From: Yuukianura sp. NJ FZ-2021
Lineage: Eukaryota
NCBI GenBank assembly: GCA_046563655.1
Contig: CM102286.1
Coordinates: forward strand, 8,494,001-8,558,000
DNA length: 64,000 nt
Direction of reading: 5' to 3'
The notes beneath the pieces were generated by a model. It worked only from the letters and a program-made list of their open reading frames with translations, was not told the DNA's origin and searched no databases. The position numbers and the translations under genes are program-made. Within the stretch, counting starts at the first letter, position 1. Every line of letters starts with the position of its first letter. Below, one piece after another: positions 46,091 through 59,600 of the stretch.

Positions 46091-46982
46091 CGTACAGCAT
46101 TTTGATCGTTGGTATGAACGAGACAGTGGTGAATTGCCAAACTCCATAAAGCGCAGAAAGGACCAAGCTGTTACAAATGGTTACCTAAAAATAAATTGGA
46201 AAAACTTCTAAAAATAATCTTAAGCTTTTAAGACAAAACGTTAGACAAAAATAAGTTGAGTTACTGAACCCATGTTCCTGTCACCTTTCGACATTTTACA
46301 TTTCGAGGAGCCTTTTTGTCATAAGATCGAGTAAACACGACTGGAATGGAGACAAGAATGGAACTAAAGGTGACATAGAGCATCTTCTTCACGTAGTATT
46401 TTGGCGGACGTCGCTTTAATGGATTTCGGATGGCCTTTACTCGTTCGGTGCTAATCATCATGGATGCCAACGTAGTCGCTGCAACAGATACGCCTTTAAA
46501 TTAATATTCCAAATCAGCGTTATGTTAACTTACAACGCTTGCAATTAAGTCGTCCCCGCTCAAATTGATCAACTTACGCTGGGCAAAAATCCAGAAGCGA
46601 CAAGTCGCATTCAGCCATCCTACGTTGAAGACTCCTCGTTTCATCATGTAGCGTAGGAAGTTCAACACGGCGGACACACCGCAACATGTGGACAAGTACA
46701 CGAGCAAGTAGTTTGGCGGTCTACGATATAATGCAATGAAATGGAAGATTTCAAAAGGAATTAAAAATGTTTCTTAATTTTTTTCAAACAAATTTATTTC
46801 ACAACCACTTACTTTCGGTATTTCTTTTTGCACATAACAGAGACCACGAAGAGAAAGTTGGTAAGCATCGTGAAAACGGTTCCGCTGTACACATAAAGTG
46901 CTTGAGTGGAAGAACTTTCATCTTCCGTAAAGTAGCTATTGTTGTCAGATTCATTTAGGAAAGCTTGATGATTAAACTCCAT
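46091..46982 (-). CDS. Divergent rhodopsin-like (class A) GPCR, exons 1-4 (TM1-TM5); 3' exons not found before the gap
   Basis: GT-AG exons 46813-46982, 46578-46720, 46285-46493 and 46091-46184 join in frame: MEFNHQAFLNESDNNS...TNFLFVVSV...KYRKPPNYLLVYLS...WLNATCRFW...MMISTERVKAIRNPL...VSIP...C...SFIPTI. N-glycosylation sequons, TM3 and ECL2 cysteines, DRY-like ERV. Confidence 0.75.
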
Positions 46983-47669
46983 TGTTGTAAGAATCCGCTC
47001 TAAGAATCGGCCGTGCTTGACCTTAGACCCTCTACTGAACTCTTATTGTTTTTCAAATTCCACAGGTTGTGGAACTCCCCATAGTCCGTCCGAAGCGGGA
47101 GCTTCTCCGATGATTTCTGATAGTGAAAAGTACTTTCACCTCGTCTTTGTATCTCTGCGGTGGGTGACAGGGAGTAACTACCGTCATAATCCTGGAAAGT
47201 TACCGCAATCCGCGCACACCCTTATTACAATTACTAAGTTAGTATATGGAAAAATAAGAAGGTCACTCCTCAAACGACTTGTCTGAAACAAGTTAGGAAG
47301 TATCAGGAATCGGATACTGACAATGAGTGGAAATGACTCATTGACGTCACTAGTGAATTAAGGCAGAAAATCTGAAGCAAACAACAACTTTTTCGGTTCC
47401 AGTCTGCAAAAGACTCTGTGAAAGTGGCACTAAACTTTATTTGAATAATTTGTCTTTATTAGCACCGTTTTACCTTGTTTTTGTCTTTTTAAAACTGGGT
47501 CACGCCAAAACTACGAGATATTATTGCTAAGTTTTGCAAACACGGAAAATCGTTGGATGGATACTAGCACCGAAGACATCCTCCTGAGGATACATTATTG
47601 CTTGAAAACTTTTAAGTTTAAATTCATAACTTAATAAGCACAAGTCAAAGTGACAAATCACGAAAACAA

Positions 47670-50600
47670 TTAGTCTTTGCCACTTGACAATTCATCGGCT
47701 TGTTTCCGGAAACAGTCTCCCACTGGGAAGAAGTCCCAGCACCTCTTCTGATACATGTTCCAAACGTAAGTTTCTTGCCCAGTGTACTCCGTGTCAGGTT
47801 TGTTGATCAAGTGCATTATGAAAAACCTGAAAATTTGATCAAGATAGTGTCATTTTCCGGCATTAATGTAACTGATTATTCCGATTTTGAATCAAGGACA
47901 TGAATTTTACATGTAATTGGCCAAATTGTGCTCTTTGAGAACATGAGTTTCAAAGCCATGCGGCACAATATCCAGAAAATCTTTGTTCATCCCGCAAATG
48001 AAGCAGTTGGACTCCATATTTTCTTTGACACTTTCCAATTGATCTCTGAGTTCACCAAAGGCGTCGATAATCAAACCTGAAAATGCAAAAAGATGTCAAA
48101 ATTTGATTTTGAAAGTATTTTTTGTTACTCAATTACCTTGAATGATGGCGAGTAGAATGACAATGACAAAGAAGAAGAAAGTAATGTCGAAAATGATGCG
48201 GTAGACTTCGTACTCATCTCCATCAGGAGATTCAATTTCGTCACCAATCCCTCCACCGGCACGAACGCCTTTGTACAAGTGAAACACGAAGCACTGGAAA
48301 GAACATTATGCAAAAAGACTTTGATTACCATAACTGGAATAAGGTTGAAACTCCCTCTGATGACTACAATTAGTGAAAAATTGGTATGCTGTCACCGTAA
48401 GCATGTCATGACACTTTCTATCCACTTGCTCATCTTCCTCTTGCACATAAAATTTCCGGAAGAAGTTAAACGCAAAGACGGTGTAGATGTAGACGATGAT
48501 AGTCAGCAGCATCACAGTCAGCATTAACTGTAAAGATTATTTGAAAAGCAGTAGTAAATGGCAGGAAATTGTCAATAATTGAACCACGCACTAATTTGTG
48601 AAATTCGTTTTCATAATGACTAAAACACTCTTAAGGCTTGTTTGAAATGAATTCACTTTGTACGTTACGCTATTTCGACACATCGCTTTTGAAAGTTTTG
48701 AAACAACACTCTATTTTTTTTTTACACAAAAGAGAAAGTTTGTAAAGGCAGAGCGGGGCAAATCTCTCAATAAGTTCTCTGTTTTATCTAAATCCTGCGT
48801 AAAACTTATCGTTATAGCACAAGGTGAAAGTTTTGCAACATCATGAAGAAGAAAATTCGAAGCAATTGTTTGTCTTTTTTACATTCCTTGGGGAAAGTTT
48901 AAAATTTCAAAACTCATTACGAAAGCGCTGCTGGACATAGGAAAAAAAGCAAAGATTATTTTAACAAAAAAACATTCGATAAGCTTACTTGTTTTCCGTT
49001 ATGTGTTACGGATTGTAAAATCGTTTTCAGTGCTGGAACTGCAACGGCAATATCCAGGAGATGCGCGGCAAAGAAAAAGAAGTTGACTGTATTTCCAAAA
49101 ACGGACATTCCAAAATACCACAAGCTGTAGAGAAAAGCCTAAGAGAATAAAGTTTCCAAATTTTTATTTAAAAAAAACAAAAGAATGAAAAAATGTTTAG
49201 AAGAAAAAAATTAAAGCTAACCTGGTCCATAAATGTCACACCCACTTTCCAAATTTGATAGCGCCAATCAATCGAACAAATGCTGCAAAATTAAAAAACA
49301 CTCCGTCTTATTTATGCTAAAATGAAATTAATAATCGGTTGACCCTCAAATGTCGCCGAACGTCGCTTACTAATTGACGATTCCTTCCTCCTGTTGCTCT
49401 TGCATTCGAAACGAAGTCTTTTCCATTCCAAGCAACGTACTTATGGAGTCGAAATCATACGCTTCGCTGTATCTTTGTCTAACTTTCTTCTTGACAAATT
49501 TATCCCAGTAATTGACAGGAAAGCACTTGGCGGATATCACCAGTCGGTCCCACATTCCGTTAAAACCGCCGTCACTTGGTTGCTCAACGATGTACAGACC
49601 TTCAAATTCCAGCTTCCTGGCAATTTCCTTTTCCCGCTTGAAGATGGCCAATGGCACCTATGGGACATACGAGTTTTGGGAATCAAAAGTCAATTTTAAA
49701 CAACTGAAGCGAAGGCGTTCTAAGAATACTGAAACTTCGTTCCGTGATGGTGTGAATTAAATTTACCTTCAAATGGTAATATGCAACCAGCATTGCCAGG
49801 GATACAATTGAATGAATAATGGCCAATATCCGTATGGTGGGAGCCAAATAAAACAACTTTTCATCCATATGAACCAGTTCCGGAGCGTCTTCATCCCCAT
49901 CCCCGTCGTCTTCGCCTATTCCGGATCCTTCGAGGTCAGCGCCCCCTGACCCCTCAAATCCTGAACCTTCTTCGCCATCGTCATCTAAGCCTTCAGCTAG
50001 TGAAGTTGCTTTGAAGAACAGGAGCATGAAGTTGATCACAAATGCCAAGACGAGGGCGACAATTTTGAGGTTATAAAAGTTTCTGGCCAAGAAACTGACG
50101 AGTTGCTTCACATATTCTCCAAAGTTAATCTAAAAATTACATATAAAAAGTGTGAAGTAACTAGAAAATAAAATTTAAATATTTAAACATTTTAAAATTT
50201 AAACATAAATTGCTCTAGTTTTAGTAAATTTTAGTATCTACATTACAAAGTTTTAGAATACCGAGTCGATAAACACCGCAATCCTGACGATCGTTCGTGA
50301 AATCGACAGTAAAAGCAGCTTGCGATTAAGTTAATTAGATTATTTAGCACATCATTATCATTTTCATGCCATTTTGGTTAAAAATGATTGAACATTCCGT
50401 GGAAACAGTCTTTTTTTAAAATTATGAAGAATGCATATAGGTCAAACCTGCGACACTGCTGGTGGTTCCTCGGCAACTTGCGACGCTTTGGCTTCGTCCA
50501 GAGCCTTTTGTGCCGATTCCTGTGGCGACGGTGATTCCTGTGGACGAAATTCGCTGTGTACAACAACGGCTTGGCTCTTGGACATCACTGTCGGTGTATC

Positions 50601-53600
50601 AGGTCCTTCCGTTTTACCGCCATGCGCAGTACCCTCATCTTCACCACTAGTCTCGCCACCACTTCGTTCTGCTCCACTTGATTCCGGACTTCCTGGGACA
50701 GACTCGTGCGGTGTAGCAGGATTGTTCTGAGAATTTGGATCGTAGAGTTCGAGTTGTTGTCGTGCAGGATCCTTTGCCTCTTCCGTCGAACCTGGAATAG
50801 GCACTTTCAGAGGTGTCATTTTGGTTGGCGTATCCAAGGTTTCTGCTACTTCAACTTTCTCTTGAGCTGGACCTCGCATAAGATTAATTAGAGCTCGGAA
50901 CAAGTATCTGGCCAAAAACACAAACAATTGTTGGCTTACTGTAATTTGCGCCAGCAATACCTAATTTGTTCAAAGACTTTGTAATTTTGCATGACCTTTT
51001 GACCCGTGTCGTACCTTATGACATAACCTATGCTGTATATTCCATAGTAGAATCCGTAAAACATAATCTTCAAAAAACCGGTAATGAGCTCTGGAGTAGA
51101 CATTTGTTGAAGTTCACGTATCTTTCTTTTTATGTTGGCAGGCGAAAGGATTGCAAACAGGTAGCGAACATTTTCTTTCAACGAAGAGAAAGTCTGCTTC
51201 ACAAGATTTCCCCTGAGAAAATCCGCAAGAATTCATTCATTAAAAATATTAGGAAAATTTTTTAAATCAACAAAATAATCTAACAATTTTCTACAACTTA
51301 AACTTAAAAACACAAGAGTAATAAAAAGCACAATAAAAATTAGTGCAAGTCTATCCAATTTAAAACCGAAGCTATTTTGAACTAACGTCTCACCTTTGTG
51401 ACCACGTGAGGTTACCACTATTTTCACTACAAAAGATAAACAGACAAAACATCTAAAAATCTAACAGTTGAAACATCACAACAAAAATCGGAAATCGAAA
51501 AATCACATCAGTTGAATCTGACAAACAGAATTTGTTGTTTTGGAAAACATGTTTGAAGATTTGTACTTTTCCTGATCGTCATCCAGATTCAATTGATAGG
51601 CAGCTTCACGAGCTTTCCCGCTTCCACTGCTTTCCTCTGTAGCCATCAACCCACTTGCATGTTGCATTTCAAAAATAGCGTCTTCACAGAAATTGACAAA
51701 CGCCTCCAATTTCTCTTTGTCTCCACCTTCGGTAACAATGGAGTAAAAGAAGGCGCGTTTCGATTCCTAGAAGAAGAAACTTCAAACTAAATTTTAGATC
51801 AAAAGCGAATTTCATAATACTTTTTACCTTGATTTGAGGTTTTTCCCATTGTTCAATGTTCGACTCCTTGATTTCAAAGTAAACCCGCTCAATCTTGTGG
51901 CTTCCGCCCATTATTTCAATTCTTCCCAGAAACGGTTCAAAGTAATTCAAAACACTTCCAGCCGTTTCTAGAAACCGTGCGAGTCTGGAAAAAAAAGTGA
52001 CGTAATAATCTATTGCTCATCGTCTACGTCTAGGAAATCTCCTATTCTATCACATCACGTCTGTATAACGCAAAAACATTACATAATCCATGTATAATGA
52101 GACATGATTTGTATATTAATACAAATGACTACTTCACCATGGTTATGCCCTCTTCTGAGACCTTATTTTCAAAACTTGTTGCAATGACTTTACATAAAGT
52201 TTAATAAATCCGTTTTCCACGAACTAACCTGGGTTCGTTTGGCATATGTTCAGACAGGTTGGTGAGAAGAACGGCCAAATTGAAGCCAATATCCTTCGCA
52301 GGGTTATGAAATCTCTCGGTAAATTCTACATAGTCAATCTTTCCGTCGTGATTTGTGTCACAACACATGAGGAGAAAGTTGATTTCTTCTCTGTAAAAGT
52401 AATTAAAAGTTTTAAAAACATAAAATAAACCGGTTGTAAACCGCCCATACTGATAATAGCGAAGCAATAGGCCCCCCGAAGGGGTTTGTTCCCCCACTTT
52501 CCCGCCCACCCCCGGGGGAGTGGGGGCGTGTTTCCCCCACTTTCCCGCCCACCCCCGGGGAGTAGGAGTGTGTTCCCCCCACTCTCCCGCCCCCTCACCA
52601 GGTGGTGTTGACAGGTGAGACGTGACAGGTGACAGGTGACACCCGGCAACTGAGAGGTGACAGGTGACACCCGGTGGACACAGTGCATGTGTGTGAAGTG
52701 TATCTGTCAACTGCGTAATAGATTTTTTGCTAAGCAGAGAATCAAGTCCCATGCCAATTGCCTTTCCAGTCTCACAAGCAGAGTTTTTTGTACCCACACT
52801 GGCATTACAAATGACCTTTGAAATCAATTTTGACCCGGAAGGAGGTGACCTAGGGTCACACATTAAACACAAAAGTTGTTCCACTCGATGAGATGAACAA
52901 CTTTTGTAGAGGTCATTTTCCCGGTTACCGGGGATAAAACCGGTTGACCTTGACCTTTGACCCGGAAGGAGTTGACACCCGGGGGTCATATTCAATAGTG
53001 ACCTAGTCCGGGTCATGACATGGTCACTGGTGAAAACTGGAATCAAATCGGACCAGTAGTTTCTGAGATAATTAATCTGGACAGACAGACAGACGGACAG
53101 ACAGACAGACAGACAAACCTCTTTTATCATAATAGCTTCGCTATTATAATAACTGAAAAGTTTCATTTTTATGTAAAATATTACGCCGTGTAGTTTTTGA
53201 ACTGCTCCATTTTTTCCTTGAACTCTCTTGGAGTTATCCAACCGTCCTTATTGATATCCATTTCCTATTTTAAATGAATTCAACATTAAACTGCAAAATT
53301 TTGTGTAGTTTAGTACTGTAAAAATGAATAAAATAAAGCAAAAAATAAAAACAAAATAAAACCTGGAACGTTGCCGATGATGTCAAATCCTTCAGTTTCA
53401 AAAACATATCGAAATAGCGCAGAATAATCTAAAAACAAATTGTGAAAACACATAATAAATTGACGACAAGCAAAATTAGGTAAGTTGCAACTGAAACTGA
53501 ATAAGATCTGTGACATTAAACATCCATTACAACTTTCTCCATACCCGAAATGCACTACTCGATGTCAATGCTTTCAGTTTTAAAGACGTTTGAATAAACC

Positions 53601-56600
53601 TCAAAATTCTCTTTAGCAGCAGTAGAATTTAAATTTTAAATACTTGTCAATTAACTTCATTTCAACTAATGTGTAAAATTTTTGAATTACCTCTACATTA
53701 GATGCGGATTCCACTAGGGTGTCCACCATTTGCTTGCCAATCGTTCCATTAATTACGTTTCCTAATTAAAGCCAATCCAGGTTTAAGAATTTTAGATTAC
53801 GTCATTAAGCATAATAAATTTGAACCAAATTCTTAACAAAAGAACCATTTTTTACCTTCTAACATTGACAGCATCATGATGACCATGTCTTTCTGTAGAT
53901 TTAGCAACTCCTTCAGAAGATCCACTTGGCTGGAATTCTTGGACAATTTGGCTTGCATGTGAGCAAACAAAAACAGGAATCCTCCAACAGCATCCCAAAG
54001 TCTGATCAAAATTTTCACAAAATGTGCATTCCGTTTTAAATTGTTTAACATTCACATGACAGTTGCAAATTTTGGACAGTTTTGACATGTTACCGAGAAT
54101 GTGCAAGTGCCTGTTGATTTTGCGTGCAGGGCCCTTGAATTACTTCTGTGAGGGTATTGAACACTTGACTGGCAACACCAATGGCTTTGAAAAAATTTGC
54201 TTTCCCAGCAGGGTCAATCAGCTCTTTGCTGGAGTAGTGCCAGTAAAAGTCCATGATGGATTCCTGGCACCAAAATCAAATTCAGTCGAAAATAAGAGTG
54301 TTAAATTATGTTATATTTGAAGTTTTCAAAATTTGAAAGTTAGAACTGCGCATGGTAGAGGGCTACCTGTAATCGTAACAAGTAATCCACAGTGCAAATT
54401 ACGACATTGACTGTTGTCGTATTTCCCGCTTGAGTTCGCAAGTAATTCTGCCAATCTAAAAAAAGATCATTTTGTCACTATTCAATTGAAAACTGATTTT
54501 AATTTTTGTTTTGAACTGAAATTACCCAAGTTGTGCCCTTCACAAGTGAGTTGAATAAACCTAAATAGTGCACATGTAAATTCTGCATCGTGCATATTCT
54601 TTTCACCAGCAGCTCCTTCGGCTCCAACACCAAGTCCTTCCGCTTTCGTATTTCGTTCAAATGCATCCAAATCCAAAACGCTGCAAGAGTTCATCAGGCC
54701 GGCGATTGAAGTAAAAAATCCAACTTCCTTTTTCTCTTTCAAATGATTGAGCATTCCCTGGAAGAATACAAAATACAATAACAAAATTTCATTACAGATT
54801 GCTTGAGAATCTCTGGATGTGAATAATTTTTGCTACCATTTGGACATCAATATTTCCACCGCGTAGAATAGCAATTCCAAGTTCGAGGGTTTTCATGACC
54901 ATGTCGGAGTTGACGCCTTTGCAAGCTGAAATGTGCAGTAAAACCATTTCTGCCACGCCGCGATTTGCCAGTCGTGCTTGATGGAACAACAGTTTCTGTT
55001 TTTCCATTTCTTGTTCCTGAAATCATATTGTTTTGATATGACATTAAAATTGGATAAAATCAAGTTAAAATTATTTTACCATCATCTTTGTCATACTATG
55101 CTGCATGTGAAGCAGAAAGTTACAGTTAATTGTATGGTTATGTTAAATTCAATCTTTCAAGTTCAATCTATTTTGGAGAATTTGAACTCGCAATGAATGA
55201 TTACATGAATAGACGCTCCCCCTTCATCCCCCTCTCCCTCGGCCTCTTCATCCCCTTCCTCTTCTTCTTCACCACAAGATTTAGCCATAACTTCCGCATA
55301 GCACATGTACAATAGATCCTCTTGCAAAGCTCCACTGCGTTCTAAAAGTTAATTAAAACTTAATTAAGTCTTAGTCAATTAACAGTAAATACTCGCACTC
55401 ACCTGTCATGGCTCCACGACAGAACGTAGTTACGAGTTGCGTCACCGGATCAGGCTTGCCTTCCTCTTCCTCCGCCTCTTTTTTCTTCAACTCCGAGTCT
55501 TCAAAGGATTGCTACGAAAAATTTACTAACTTTAAGTTTTACACATTTAATACTTGACTTATTTATTCAAAATTAAGCAGTGGTTTGAAGCAAGCTATCA
55601 TAGCAGGACTTACTGTAAGATCTTCTATCATGACCTCTTGGCCCACATTTTCATCTCCCAACCAAATTTCTCGATATGTACGCAAAAATAGGTTTATAGC
55701 TCGGTGCCTAAGGTAAAGATAGAATCACGTTATGGCATTTTCTGTCCAAAACCAGAAACTGGTTAATTTGAAATGATTTCAAACATGAAAAGATTTTCAA
55801 CACAATTAGTTTAGTACAGTAGTGTTAGTTAAATATTAAAATTTACCGTCGTAAAGTGTAATATGGCGTACAAAAGAAACATGCCAAAGCGGCACGTCGT
55901 CTAGCACAGGACAAAATTTTTCTCCAACCGCTTCGAGCTTTAGGACGATTTTCAGCCTGTTAAAGCGGAAGTTAGTGTTTCACACAATTTGACAAATTCC
56001 TAATACATAGTTAATTTTTCAATTAAGAGTTAAATTTGTAATTACTATTTATTAATTATATTATTAATGTAATTCTATCAAGCATCAAACCAAACAATAC
56101 GAAAACTAAATAAAAAACAGGAAAAAAAACATATAAGTAAAGAATACCTGTGCATAGAATGGAGGGAGGTTTGTCGAAAACCTAAATAATAAATTAAATA
56201 ATTAACTTAACGGTGAACAAAATATTTAACTTAAAGGGGAATTCCTCACATTGGATTACTGCCTTTTTTCTTTGAGAGGAAACGACGGAGCGATAAGCGC
56301 CTTTTTGTTGCTGTTGAGGATGATCAATCTGGGTCAAAACAAAATCAAAATTGAAATAAAAACGAACAAATAATAGAAGGAACTGGCGACTGGGAAGTTA
56401 GTGCAATTGAAATTACCATGTGAAGGCCATAGAGTACTTTGGCCATTGCCACAATCCGATCCACTAGCTCGTCCAGAAGTTGTTGTTTGGTCATGTTCAC
56501 ATTAGGTTGTTTTAGATTAATATCGTTTTCTTCCGTGGGTGACTTCTTACTTCCCAATTTAGAATAAAGGTGATGCTGCCACGACATGGCGTCAGAAGGA

Positions 56601-59600
56601 TCGATTTTATCCGGAAGTGTGAGCTGCGTCTTTGCAAAGTCAACGATTTCTGACTCCACCATTTTCTGTCAGCAAGTTTCAAGCAACACTTTTTAAAGTT
56701 GTTTAATGAAATTTAAATACCATAGATTCTGAAATTTACCTTGAGATATCGATCTTTGCAGTGCTGAACAAGTTCCTGCTCTCTTCCAGCAAATAAGTTT
56801 AAGCCAACTGGAAGAAGACGCTTCAGAGACGCAACCATGAGACTGGACGCAAGCTCTTTATCCTTGTCTCTCTTCTTGTCCCGATGTTTCTTCTTCTTGA
56901 TCTGTATAAAATATTATAAGTAGTATAAATTAATATAGTTATTTCACAATTTCATTTAATAACTTTATAGATAAGTACCTTTCCGCCAGTTTGATTTTGA
57001 GCGGCGTCAGAAATTACAGCTCTCCTAGATGACGTTGGCATAATGAGAGCCATGTTGTCAATTTCGTGAGCCGAAATAAAGTTAGTTTCTTCTTTGCGGA
57101 AAAACTAAGTTGAAATATTACACGCAGAATTAATACTTTCACACTCGTTAACTATTTATAACCATTTTTCCCAGACCTGTGATTTTGACCAAAGGTTAAA
57201 CATTTCTGCGACATGATTGTACAAATGTTCCGCTTCACTTGTGTTATGTTTTAGCCAGTTGTTCCTCTGAAGATCCACATATTTAATTAGGAGAGGGTAG
57301 AACGCATAAATATCTCGGACAAGAAGTTGCCACTCTTCTTGGATTTGACTCTCGACCTAAAACACCACAAAAAATATTTCACACTAGCTTGCAAGTTTGA
57401 AAATTCGGTTTTAAAAAATACCTGCGAGGTGTCTTCCGTAGTGGATTTGAGGAATCCCTTGAGGGACTCTTCCTTGTGAAACATTAAATCAGTCTTTTTG
57501 CGAAGTTTTTCAGCTACTGGTAGGAAGACATCTTTGAGGAGTTCCTCTGATGAGCAAATTATAATCTGTTGTGTGTAGGCCGCAATTCGAGTCATCCAGG
57601 GTGCATTCTCGTTTCCAATATTTGTTCGAATCAGGTTCAGAACATGCTTCAGCAGACAGTTCATATGACTTGCAGTAACCAGCGACACGTACCCGCTTTT
57701 GCAAGAAAAAATTAATAGGGTTAAGTTAACTTAGGGTTTGGTGGTACAATTATGTTTTTTAAACATACTCGTGAGCCACATTCGTAGCATTGTCTGGTCC
57801 TTGACTCCACCAAAATGGTAGATATGAACATAGCATAGGAAGAGCAATGTCTATGATATGAGGAACTTCGTTGTGCGTTTTTCCGGACAGCACAAATTGT
57901 TCAACTTCGGAAATGATTGCATCCAAAGTCGGCATGTTACCGCCCAATCGCTGCATCACATCTGTATATTAAAAGTTTGACAATTAAATCGGGTGTAAAA
58001 TTTTGTGAAGTATGGTTGGAAATACAGACCAGTTCCTGCGGCAGGATCTTGGAGCTTGTGATGTAATGAATGAGGATTGTTTTTGTTCTGCCCTGGTTCT
58101 AGATATGCAATGGGAAATGTCGATGCAAACGCGCCAATGCAGCTTCCGACTTGCGGTCGATAGCGATCAATTTCCTGTCGCACATATTTCCTGTTCTTAG
58201 AAAGCGTCATGTCAGTTCCCAAAGTGTACAAGCTGGACAGCATTTTGTAACTGGCCACTTGGAGGTCATCGACTGAAAACGTGTTTTAAGAAAACAAGTT
58301 TTTAAGTAGAGATATTTCCAATGTGTTTTAACTTGGTTAATTTCTTACGAATAATGTCACTGCCAAATTCGTAGGCCGCCAAGTGGTCGAACAGGGCTGT
58401 CAAAATGGGAAGCACGACTGTGTGAACGTAGTTGAGTGAGCTTGAAGTTTTTAGATGAGTTCCACGGAGATGCGGGTATTTTCGTTCTTGTAAGTTACTA
58501 ATAGTGTGGCCTAAATCTTCTGCACAGTTGTTGAAGAAAGCCAGCATGGAAGTACGGATGAATTCTGGAGAACTCTTGACAATGGATCTGTAATAATGAA
58601 ATATTAAATTAAAATTTAGTACAAATTTGGTAAGTAATATTGAATTGTTTCGTGGTTAAAATTAAAATAATACCTCGCATCAAAAGATTTCATAAGAACT
58701 TGGAGACAAGTGACAGTAATTTTCACGTCGCTTCCGAACGCCGAAAATTTCGTACGCAACAAGGACGCCAAACGACAGAACAAGCTGCAAATGAATTTTT
58801 ATCGTAAAACTTTTCGTGAATGAGTGTCTACTACATTTAGTCAGTATTATAGTTACCTAGCAACCATTTCCTTTTCTCTTAACGAAGCAGCACCACTTGA
58901 AGACAGTGCCGTTGCGACTGCCATAAAATAACCCTTGTGTGTTGTAAAATATTTTTCAAGTAACGGAAGTACTACCTGGAATTAAGAAAATGTTGAAATA
59001 CTTCATCTGCTTCATGTTTGAAGTAGTAGAACGCACCTTTGTAAAAAATTTAACATCTCGAGTTGTATTTTTGAAACTGCCGCGCCGGCTGTATGTGGAA
59101 GACGGCTTCATCATTTTCATATTAACCGAGGCAATATCCAAGTACTGGATGAGTTTCTCCAGCAAGCTAAAAGCAAATCGACGCTCCACTGTTGCCGCGG
59201 TTACTGTCGTTTGATCCAAGTCCATTGGTTGAGTTTTAGCTACACGGTACATGTTGTACCCCTGATACTGGATGTACTTGAGCAGTTCTTGGCAACGCTC
59301 TCTGTCCTTCTTTTTCTCTTTGTCTGTCAGCAAGTCGTACGGAACTAGTTGAGGGTGAGGACTGCCACCTTCAAAATTAAAAAGAAAATCTCACTAAAAA
59401 TTTTGGAAAAAAAATCAAAATAGTTAAAAATACTGTACCAGTTGACTCGATTTCTTCTTTTCTTTTCTTGGCCCAGAGGTCATGAGCATTTTCAGCCAGT
59501 CTTTCAGCCATATTCTGCATTTCACGACTCAGCGTCAAGTTGGTCATGTCAACCGGGTTTGGATTATAATTGAATGGCGTACTTCGGGTATCTCCTCCCT

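Noticed and set aside
52201..53241. 346-aa ORF as a separate gene
   Set aside because: Chance read-through of an intronic repeat element into one true RyR exon; the middle is microsatellite and low-complexity translation.
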